Source: Myxococcales bacterium (GTDB taxonomy: Bacteria; Myxococcota_A; Polyangia; Palsa-1104; JAEUJZ01). From it: a stretch of DNA of 60,050 bases. The notes beneath the pieces were generated by a model. That model had not been told where the DNA came from and searched no databases. It saw nothing but the letters and a program-made list of their open reading frames with translations. The translations under genes were made by a program, and so were the position numbers. Of this stretch, positions 20,966 through 28,636 are shown piece after piece; positions within the stretch are counted from its first letter, which is position 1, and the number at the start of each line of letters is the position of its first letter. The stretch lies in assembly GCA_016794465.1 (NCBI GenBank), contig JAEUKA010000028.1, positions 64,001 through 124,050 on the forward strand, written 5' to 3'.

Positions 20966-21925
20966 CTAGGAACGCTTCCCCAAAGCTTCATTGCTTGCCG
21001 ACGCTGAACGAATGTCCGGTTTGCTGGTGGAGGCCGGCGGTCCACCCGATTTTCCACCCGGAGCCGGCATGCTCTCAGAGCGGCCTCCTGGCTTCTTGCT
21101 GACCGCTTCCTGATTCGCCTCTTCTTTGTGCTGCAGGATCTCTTCCAGGCGATTGCTGACCGAAGTCGAGCGCCGATCCCAGATCAGGTGCGCGACCAGG
21201 ATGTACATCACCGCCACGCCCACCAGCGACAGCAGCCAGGGTCGCAGCTGTGGCAGCCAGCTGGGAGTCTGTCCGTCCAAGGTATGTGCGTAGGCCTGCG
21301 GAAACAGCGGCGTGCTCTCTGGCAGCGCCGGACTGCGCTGAAACAGCGTGACGTAGGCTTGGTTGCGATAGTGCGCAATCTGGGGTGCGCTGGCGACGCT
21401 GCGATGCTTGCCCTTGAAGCCCAAAGAGACAGCGAGCAGATAGACCGCCAGGACATCGGCGCGAGTCGCATCGCGGTGCTGCAGGAGTCCGTCCAGGTTG
21501 TCGAAGAAGCGAGTACCCGCGTCGTGCGTGCCGAAGTGACGCTCTTCTAATAGATGCGTGCTCCAGTATTCTTTTCCGATCCACTCGATGCTCAGGAAGA
21601 CCTCATCGGCCATTGCTGCCATCACGTACTGGATCTCATGAAAGCGCTTCTGTTCGCGCGGATCACCACGCCGCAGGATGGTCTGCTGCTGCGACTCCAT
21701 CAGATCGACAAGGTGCGCTTGCACCAAGTCAGGAGCGATCTGCGACGGCTCTTCCCCCGGCATCCGCTCCTCGGCCAAGATGTCTGTCTCGCGGATTTCA
21801 ATGCTGTCCTCTTCCGCAGCGGGAGCCATCGAGCGCTCGATCTGCATGCGATGCTGGAGGGTCGCCGCATAAAACTCGCGGAAATAGTCCACCAGAAACA
21901 GCTGCTCGGAGGACTCAGTTGCCAT
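20966..21925 (-). CDS. tssL: T6SS membrane protein TssL (DotU family)
   Basis: A DotU-like motif (DVLAVYLLAVSLGFKGKH) lies just before a single TM helix. The gene is adjacent to tssK. Confidence 0.75.
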   Translation of the reverse strand: MATESSEQLFLVDYFREFYAATLQHRMQIERSMAPAAEEDSIEIRETDILAEERMPGEEPSQIAPDLVQAHLVDLMESQQQTILRRGDPREQKRFHEIQYVMAAMADEVFLSIEWIGKEYWSTHLLEERHFGTHDAGTRFFDNLDGLLQHRDATRADVLAVYLLAVSLGFKGKHRSVASAPQIAHYRNQAYVTLFQRSPALPESTPLFPQAYAHTLDGQTPSWLPQLRPWLLSLVGVAVMYILVAHLIWDRRSTSVSNRLEEILQHKEEANQEAVSKKPGGRSESMPAPGGKSGGPPASTSKPDIRSASASNEALGKRS

Positions 21926-21939
21926 GGCTCACCCGAGGC

Positions 21940-23280
21940 TTACTCTTTGTTGGCCACATAGAGATAGGCCTCCGCAGGACGTATTCCTGGTGGTTTCTCG
22001 ACGGAATTTCCGATCACCAGTGGCTCATTGGGAACAATGAACTCTGGGTTCATCTGCAGCTGAAACAGCAGCATTCCTCGGGTCGCCACCAGTCCTTCCA
22101 GCTTGTCGATTCCGGTGCGGACTGCCCCCAGCAAGCGACGCTCGCGCAGGACTTTGAAGCGACTGGCGGTTCCGATCAAGCTGCTCGCCACCCATTCGTT
22201 GATCTGCTGATCGGTCGCTCCGGGGGCCCCCTTAAAGCCAACAACCACCGTGCGGCGCGTCCACTCTCGCTCGAACTGTAGCGCAAACAGACCGTTTTCA
22301 TTTCGGAACGGAAGCGCGGTAAAGGCCTCCGAGATTCCGTCGCTGAGCGACTGATGAACAAACTGCACCACTTCCGCAAAGGAGCGCCGCAGGTTCAGGT
22401 GATCGTAGGCCGGAAAGACCGGTGGCATCAGCTGATTCCCAACCCCCGCGACACTCCCTGCCACTGCTGTCAGCGCGACATAGAGTGCATAGGGATGACT
22501 GGTTCCGGTCGCCAGCAGCGCTTCAAACGGCGGCAGATTCAGCACCAGCTGGGACAGCAGTCGCCGATTCTCTTCAATCGCAGCGGGCTTGGTGGTAATC
22601 GCTGGAGAGCGAATCACTTCCAGCAGATACGTCGCCTTGGCGCGGATCAGACTGCTCACCTGCGCACACAGCTCACCGAGAGGAGAATCGACCTCTACCC
22701 GAACCAGTGGCGGAACGTAATCGGAAGGAACAAACGCGCCATTTTTGAATACCACCGCCAGCAGTGGCAGAGCGACAAAGCGCGGGGGTGGGGCCTCTGT
22801 TCCAGCAATCAGTCGCAGTCGCGGCTTCATGCGCGGAATGCGCAGCGGCCTCCCTCCGCTGACTTCATCATCGACTTCATCACCGGGAATCGACAGATAG
22901 CGCCCGAGATCTCCGTCTCCCTTGCTGCCGCTCGTGCGCTCGGTGGGAACCACCAAATAGACCGGAACCGGAGTGTGTTTGGCGCTCTCTGCATGGCCTT
23001 TGAGATCGACCTGCAGCTCAGCGGCAGGACCGGTCCGAAACGCCACCACCAGACCATCAGGAAGGACTGCTTCTAGCTCGGTAATGCGGAGCGTTCCCGT
23101 GAACAGCTGCGTCGATTCATAGCGCAGCCTGGTCACTCCAAACTGATAGGGAAGACCCAGACTCAGGTGGTAGGTCAGGAGCTTGTCTCCACGCTGTACC
23201 AGCTGCTGGAAGTGCTGCGGAGCGAGGAGCATTCCCTCGTGCCACTGAATCGCTTGCGGAAGATCGTGCGCGCTTGGCAT
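21940..23280 (-). CDS. tssK: T6SS baseplate protein TssK
   Basis: The N-terminus IQWHEGMLLAPQHFQQ is the canonical TssK start. 446 aa. Confidence 0.9.
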   Translation of the reverse strand: MPSAHDLPQAIQWHEGMLLAPQHFQQLVQRGDKLLTYHLSLGLPYQFGVTRLRYESTQLFTGTLRITELEAVLPDGLVVAFRTGPAAELQVDLKGHAESAKHTPVPVYLVVPTERTSGSKGDGDLGRYLSIPGDEVDDEVSGGRPLRIPRMKPRLRLIAGTEAPPPRFVALPLLAVVFKNGAFVPSDYVPPLVRVEVDSPLGELCAQVSSLIRAKATYLLEVIRSPAITTKPAAIEENRRLLSQLVLNLPPFEALLATGTSHPYALYVALTAVAGSVAGVGNQLMPPVFPAYDHLNLRRSFAEVVQFVHQSLSDGISEAFTALPFRNENGLFALQFEREWTRRTVVVGFKGAPGATDQQINEWVASSLIGTASRFKVLRERRLLGAVRTGIDKLEGLVATRGMLLFQLQMNPEFIVPNEPLVIGNSVEKPPGIRPAEAYLYVANKE

Positions 23281-23298
23281 TCCGATTCCTACTTCCCA

Positions 23299-23760
23299 TC
23301 ACTGGCTCAAGTTCACGCTCTGCTGTGCAAAGCCAATCTTGAGCGGCTGGTTGATGTCAAAGGTGTACCGATGTGAGCCGGGCGTCTGATAGTTCACGAA
23401 CAGAATCCCTTGCGGCACTTTGTTTGGCACCTTGCGATTGATCTCGGGCACTTGCTGACCAGGGATAAATTCGTAGTACGTCTCTTCCAGCTCGCGACGG
23501 TAGTCCCGAAGCAGCTGCTCGCGCTGCGCAAACCACTGCTTGGCAGTCATGTCGATCAGCTTTTTAAACAGCGTCTGATTCTTAGGAATCACGACCGATA
23601 GCAGCACTGGCGAGTTGTTGTTTGCGTCGGTGGAGATCGTCATGGCCACCTTGAGGGGATGGGTTGCGCAGGCGGCCTGAAACAGACAAAAGAACAGCAG
23701 CCAGAGTCCTACCAATGGCGTGACATTCGGCGAGCCGAGGTGGAGCCGCAGACGACCCAA
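23299..23760 (-). CDS. tssJ: T6SS outer-membrane lipoprotein TssJ
   Basis: 153 aa with a lipobox (LFQAAC). It is the first gene of the cluster and lies upstream of tssK. Confidence 0.7.
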   Translation of the reverse strand: MGRLRLHLGSPNVTPLVGLWLLFFCLFQAACATHPLKVAMTISTDANNNSPVLLSVVIPKNQTLFKKLIDMTAKQWFAQREQLLRDYRRELEETYYEFIPGQQVPEINRKVPNKVPQGILFVNYQTPGSHRYTFDINQPLKIGFAQQSVNLSQ

Positions 23761-23991
23761 AGAGAATCTCCCCTTAGAGCAAGTATAGCGCAGAATCCGT
23801 CGCGGATGGAAGGCCGAACTTTGTGTCTATGCACGCAGGATTGTTTGCGTTCAGCGGTCAAGTTGGGAACTCACAGTGTGCACTCCGCCAGCGCAGCAGA
23901 TGTCAGACCCCAGAGCACAGGAGTACAGTAGGAATGCGAGGAAGCGCTGTTAGGAGTCGGAACAGGAGGAGTACGGAAAGAGAGGCACTGT

Positions 23992-24405
23992 TTAGCGGCC
24001 CAGGTATTCCATGGAGTAGCCCTCTTCCGGAAGGAGTCCGGGGACCTGGAACTTGCCGTCCGCATCGCTGACCACGTCCGGCCCGTCGGAAAACAACAGC
24101 TCCCAATCGATCGGAACCTTGGCCGAGTCGTTCTTGCTCTCTCTAGTCTTGCGCTCCTCGGGCGGCGGCTCGTCCTTCGACTCGTTTTGGGCACTGCCTT
24201 TGTAGAAAAACACCGGGAACAGCGGTGCTGGCGAAGACGGCACCAGCGTCAGGCGACCCGCCACGATCTGCCCGGCCACCAAGCGAATCACTTCCTCGTC
24301 GCGCAGCTGGTGTGTCTGAGTGATCGCATCGGTGCAGCGCAGCGCCTCTCGCAGAGTCGACATCGCCGCCCGATCGATGTAGTGCCGGCGCAGCGGCAGC
24401 TCCAC
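23992..24405 (-). CDS. Hypothetical protein
   Basis: 137-aa ORF upstream of tssJ on the same strand. It has no recognisable motif. Confidence 0.3.
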   Translation of the reverse strand: MELPLRRHYIDRAAMSTLREALRCTDAITQTHQLRDEEVIRLVAGQIVAGRLTLVPSSPAPLFPVFFYKGSAQNESKDEPPPEERKTRESKNDSAKVPIDWELLFSDGPDVVSDADGKFQVPGLLPEEGYSMEYLGR

Positions 24406-24607
24406 GTCCGCAACGCAGCTCCCTCGGCCTACCGCACATCTGCCACTATCCTGCTCGCTCCGCCCTTGACCGATCGGTCAACACATCGCTTGTCGTCGAA
24501 CAGCCCTGGTTACGGTCGCCACGGAGGCTTCTTGCTCAGCAGGTCGGTCTTCTTGGCCGGCTCTTTGGCGCTGCCCGCACTGCCCCCTGCACCCGACACC
24601 GCCCCCT

Positions 24608-26725
24608 TCACGCTGCCAGAGCCCGTCGCGGCGCCCGTTCCTGCTCCACTTCCCGTCGCTGGAGGAGACCGGGAACTCCGGCCTTTTTCGCTTCCGCTCC
24701 GGGCGCGGCATCCTTCTTGGCATCCCCAGCCGCGTCTTTCTTCGCGTCCCCAGCCGCACCGTCTTTTTTGCCATCGGCCTTGGCCTGCTGCTCTTGCTGC
24801 TTCTTTTCCACCGCGTCGGGATTCGTCGAGTCTGCTTGCGCCTGCTTGGCGTTCTTTTCCGCGTCGCCGGCTTCTTTCTGCGCCTTGGCCGTCTCTTGCG
24901 CTGCGTCGGCTGCTTTCTGCTCGACATCCGACGCCGCTTGCTGGGCCCCCGCAGAATCCCCGCTGGCGATCTTGTCGGTGGCCTTGGCCGCGTCCTCAAT
25001 CGCCTTCATCGACGACTTCACCGCATCGAGCGCCGTGTCACACGCCTTCGCCGCCTGTTTGCGAGCGTTTTCGTCAAACACTCCGACGGCGCTCTTGGCC
25101 GTCGCCATGACCCCCTGTCCCGCCGCCAGCGCCGACTTGCTGGCATTGAGCGCACTCTGGGCCAGGCTGCTGCCCGCCGAGATCCCCATCTGCACCGTCG
25201 CCGAGGTCGTACAGCTGGCCAGATCAGTCAGCTTGCTGGCACTCGCCATCACGTTCTTGAACTCGCTCGCCGCAGTGGCCATCGTCGTGTTGGCCTCGCC
25301 GAGCAGCTTCTCCGACGCTGACTTGACCAGCCCCGCGACCTCTTGCGGCGCCGAGATCGTGCTCTGAAACGCCTCGCTGGCCTGACTGACCAGGCCACCC
25401 GCCTGACCGACGACGCCATCGACCGTCTCTTTGACCGACATCACCAGCGCTTTGACACGCTCGAAGTGACCCCGCGCCGTCTCCCAGCTCTGCTTGCCCG
25501 TCTCGAACAGCTTCTTGCCCTTGACCACCACGTCCATCGCGCCGCTGACATCGAGGTTCTTGGCCTTCTCGACGGCATCTTTGACGCTCTGCACCAAGTC
25601 GTCGACGGACTTTTTCAGATCATCGATGCACTTTTGAGCATCCTTGATGATGGCGTCGACCTTGGCCTTGATCTCGTCGACGTGCTTTTTGACCTTGTCC
25701 TTGGTTTCGTTAAACAGCTTCATCGCCGACTCGCCGACGCCCTTCCACTGATCGACGCGCTGCGTGATCGCCGTGGTCACGTCGGTGCCAAGCTGCGACA
25801 CCGTGTTTTTCACCGAGCTGGCAAAGTTTCGCGCCGAGTCGAGCGTCCGCTGCCCCGCACCGACGATCTTGCCGACCTCTGCCTGGACTTCCTGACCGAT
25901 CGCGCCCAGCTCGCCCCACGACAGACCGGCCAGCTTCCCCTGCAGCTGTTTGATCTTCTGCAGCTTCAGCCGCGCGTCGTCTTGCTGCGCCATTGCACCG
26001 TCGACGGTCTGCTGCAGCTCGGCCACCTCCGGACCCGGCACATCGAGCTGATGCGCGGTCTGGCTGACCTTGCCCATCGTGTCGAGCGCAATGCCGCGCA
26101 GCCCGTTCGAGGTGCTCTCGATCTCCGCAACAATGCTGCGCGCGGTGTCGACGGCTTGCTTGGCCGCCGCGCTCGCCGTCACCGTCACGATCTTCGCCAG
26201 CTTCTGGGTCGTCGCCTGCGTTGCCGTCACGATCTCGCTTGCGCTCGCGTCGACCGCCCCACGAATCTCCGTCGCTCCTTGCTTGGCCTCCGAGACCACG
26301 CCCATCATGTCTTGACGCGTCGCTGCCACCGCTTCCTTCGCTGCCGACTGCGCCGCCTCGAGGTGTCGCTTGAGACTGCTCGTCTGTCCATCCGCCGCCA
26401 CCGCCAGCCCACCGATCAGCTGCTTGATCGCTGTAAAGCAGTGCTCTCCCTCGGAGATCACCGACATCGCCGCTTTCTGAGCATCACCCGCCCGACTCGC
26501 CGTCAGCTGAAAGTCCCGCTTCGCCGCTGCCTGCGCTGCCTCGCGAGCCGCCGCAATCGCCAGCTTGGCATGCTCAAACGCCGCCGGCCCGCTTGTGGCC
26601 AGGACATCGAAGCAGGTGCTCACGTCGCTGATGACCTCTTCGACCTTGGCCTTGATGTCGTTAAAGGCCGCCATCGCCATCTCGACCAGCTGCCGCAGCC
26701 GCGCCTCCGACGGCACCCTTGGCAT
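24608..26725 (-). CDS. Large all-alpha-helical Ala/Lys/Gln-rich protein (apolipoprotein or phasin-like). The N-terminus is probably continued by a frameshifted ORF at 26661..26903.
   Basis: 705 aa of helical low-complexity repeats, with a Lys/Ala/Asp-rich C-terminal tail (KKDGAAGDAKKDAAGDAKKD). An upstream ORF in another frame has the same composition. Confidence 0.6.
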   Translation of the reverse strand: MPRVPSEARLRQLVEMAMAAFNDIKAKVEEVISDVSTCFDVLATSGPAAFEHAKLAIAAAREAAQAAAKRDFQLTASRAGDAQKAAMSVISEGEHCFTAIKQLIGGLAVAADGQTSSLKRHLEAAQSAAKEAVAATRQDMMGVVSEAKQGATEIRGAVDASASEIVTATQATTQKLAKIVTVTASAAAKQAVDTARSIVAEIESTSNGLRGIALDTMGKVSQTAHQLDVPGPEVAELQQTVDGAMAQQDDARLKLQKIKQLQGKLAGLSWGELGAIGQEVQAEVGKIVGAGQRTLDSARNFASSVKNTVSQLGTDVTTAITQRVDQWKGVGESAMKLFNETKDKVKKHVDEIKAKVDAIIKDAQKCIDDLKKSVDDLVQSVKDAVEKAKNLDVSGAMDVVVKGKKLFETGKQSWETARGHFERVKALVMSVKETVDGVVGQAGGLVSQASEAFQSTISAPQEVAGLVKSASEKLLGEANTTMATAASEFKNVMASASKLTDLASCTTSATVQMGISAGSSLAQSALNASKSALAAGQGVMATAKSAVGVFDENARKQAAKACDTALDAVKSSMKAIEDAAKATDKIASGDSAGAQQAASDVEQKAADAAQETAKAQKEAGDAEKNAKQAQADSTNPDAVEKKQQEQQAKADGKKDGAAGDAKKDAAGDAKKDAAPGAEAKKAGVPGLLQRREVEQERAPRRALAA

Positions 26726-26903
26726 CCGCCAGCGCGCTTTTGGCGTCGGCGGCGACTTTGCCTTGGACCTTCTCGACGCCGGCGGTGACGCTCTGGACCG
26801 ACTTCAGCCCATCGAGTGCAACCTTGTTCAGCTCGTCGATGGTCTTCTTGCTGAGCTGATCGACCTCGGAGCGCACCGTAGCAAGCTGCTGATTCACATC
26901 CAT
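26661..26903 (-). CDS. Probable N-terminal fragment of the helical protein above, separated by a frameshift
   Basis: The sequence MDVNQQLATVRSEVDQLSKKTIDELNKVALDGLKSVQSVTAGVEKVQGKVAADAKSALADAKGAV has the same helical Ala/Lys character. The two frames overlap at about 26700-26725. Confidence 0.4.
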   Translation of the reverse strand: MDVNQQLATVRSEVDQLSKKTIDELNKVALDGLKSVQSVTAGVEKVQGKVAADAKSALADAKGAVGGAAAAAGRDGDGGL

Positions 26904-26941
26904 CGCGATTCCCCGCTTCTAAATCGTAATGAAGACTACGT

Positions 26942-27148
26942 TCAGGGTGTGCTACTGGCGGCTGTTGTACTACTTGTGGTCGAAGATGCGCTCGTCGCAG
27001 ATGTCGATGGCGGTGCCTGGGTTGCAGCATCGATGATCACGGCTGAGACAGCCTTGAAGACATCGCCGAGCCCACTCATCAGGTTTTCGGCGATTCCGAC
27101 CGCTTGCTCTGCCCCGTCTTTGGCCGCGCCATAGGCATCTTTAGACAT
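26942..27148 (-). CDS. Small protein (about 68 aa) with a Ser/Thr-rich tail, translationally coupled to the upstream gene
   Basis: MSKDAYGAAKDGAEQAVGIAENLMSGLGDVFKAVSAVIIDAATQAPPSTSATSASSTTSSTTAASSTP. The ATG at 27148 overlaps the stop of 27141..27488. The 156-aa track ORF in this frame is an over-extension. Confidence 0.4.
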   Translation of the reverse strand: MSKDAYGAAKDGAEQAVGIAENLMSGLGDVFKAVSAVIIDAATQAPPSTSATSASSTTSSTTAASSTP

Positions 27149-27488
27149 CGGCATCCGCGTCTTTGGCATCCTCGGCGGCGCGAAGGGCAAATTCCTTGGC
27201 ATCAGAGACGGCCTTGGCGATGTCGCGAGCAGCGGTGCGGGTGGCATCGAGCTTGCCCTGCGCCGCACTGGCATCGGCTCGCATGGCGTCGTCGCGCGCT
27301 TGCTCTGGCTCGACGAGCAGCTTGTGAATGGCACCAATCTGCGACTCTGCCAGCGCGAGGGACTTTTCGGCATTGACGACATCGACCCGGACATTGGGCC
27401 GCTTGAGCACAAACGTGTATTTGTTGCCCGCCGTCAGCCCAGACCTACGCTGTCCCAACGTACGGATCTCGCGCTTGATATCGGCCAT
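27141..27488 (-). CDS. Small helical hypothetical protein
   Basis: 115 aa with a ggggggA RBS before the ATG. Its stop overlaps the next gene's start (ATGTCTAA), which suggests translational coupling. Confidence 0.5.
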   Translation of the reverse strand: MADIKREIRTLGQRRSGLTAGNKYTFVLKRPNVRVDVVNAEKSLALAESQIGAIHKLLVEPEQARDDAMRADASAAQGKLDATRTAARDIAKAVSDAKEFALRAAEDAKDADADV

Positions 27489-27661
27489 CAGTCCCCCCGC
27501 GCCCTACTTGTGCAGGCTCTCGTCGAGACATCAGAGAAATATTCAGTAAATTCGCCTACAAATTGAAATTCGATAAGCCGACAAGTGGAGCGCGCCGTCA
27601 GGCACGATGGCCCGCCAACAGCCTTGTCGCCGTCCCGCTGCCCGTGACAAAATGAAGCGGA

Positions 27662-28531
27662 ATGCAATCCTGCTTACGCACAGTCGGAGAGGTGCTCTCG
27701 CTGCTGACGAGTCTCCGCAGGACGGGGTGGGTTGCGATCCTCGCAGTGCTGGGGATGCTGATGGCCGCACCGAGCGGGCGGGCAGAGTCCGATGGCGACG
27801 AGCCACCTCCAGCCAACCGGCGCGAGCAAGCTTCAGCGGAAGGTGGAGCCCCGGTGCCAGCGACGGCCAAGCTCAACGAAACGGCCTTTGCCTTGCTGGG
27901 TGCTCCGCCGCGAGCTGAGGTTCGTCTCGACGGCAAGCTGATCGGAGTCACGCCACTGCCGCCGCGAACTGCCGTCGAGCCAGGGCCACACCAGCTGACG
28001 ATCACGCGCCGAGGCTTTTCGACCTTCTCGTCGGACTTCACCGCCATCAGTGGCCGTCTGGTCGCCGTCGAGGTTGAGCTGACTCCGCTCTTGGCCGTGC
28101 TCCGCATCCGCGCCAACACGCCCGCAGCCCAGGTATTCGTCGACGAGGACCTCCGAGGCGAGACGCCCCTGGAGCTGGAGCTGCGGCCCGGTCCGCACGT
28201 GGTTCGCGTCCGTCGCATCGGCTACTTCGAGCAGACTTGGTCCGTCTCGACCGTTCCCGGCGAAGAATATGAGCGCGATCTCATCCTCGAGATCCAGCCG
28301 GAGCAGAAAAGGCGGGAAGAAGCGGTCTTTAAGACCGAGAAGCGCTGGTATTCGCGCTGGTGGGTGTGGACGCTCGCCGCCGTCGGAGCCAGTGGTGTCG
28401 CAGCGGCCATCGTCACCCCGATTGTGCTGTCGCGTCGCTCTGACTGTGAAAAGCTCTCCGGCGAGGTCTGCTTCCCAATCAGCCTACAGCCCGCTGCCTT
28501 GCAGGTCGGCCTCACCATCCCTCTGCGATAA
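27662..28531 (+). CDS. Secreted PEGA-domain protein
   Basis: A signal peptide is followed by two PEGA-like units (RLDGKLIGVTPLPP...GPHQLTITRRGF; VFVDEDLRGETPLELELRPGPHVVRVRRIGY) and a C-terminal TM helix. Confidence 0.7.
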   Translation: MQSCLRTVGEVLSLLTSLRRTGWVAILAVLGMLMAAPSGRAESDGDEPPPANRREQASAEGGAPVPATAKLNETAFALLGAPPRAEVRLDGKLIGVTPLPPRTAVEPGPHQLTITRRGFSTFSSDFTAISGRLVAVEVELTPLLAVLRIRANTPAAQVFVDEDLRGETPLELELRPGPHVVRVRRIGYFEQTWSVSTVPGEEYERDLILEIQPEQKRREEAVFKTEKRWYSRWWVWTLAAVGASGVAAAIVTPIVLSRRSDCEKLSGEVCFPISLQPAALQVGLTIPLR

Positions 28532-28636
28532 GTCCGTCGCCACCGTCTCGACGAAAACCGACTCGACCGCAGCGACGTTTGGGCGCTCACTTTCGCTCGA
28601 ACGACCGCGTTTACACGCCTGGGGTCGGCTGCTAGG

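Noticed and set aside
25343-26788. 481-aa plus-strand ORF. Also the ORFs at 24187..25110 (+) and 24478..24999 (-).
   Set aside because: It is antisense or in an alternate frame of the helical-protein gene. Its composition (Arg/Leu/Asp repeats) mirrors the Ala/Lys codons of the real frame.
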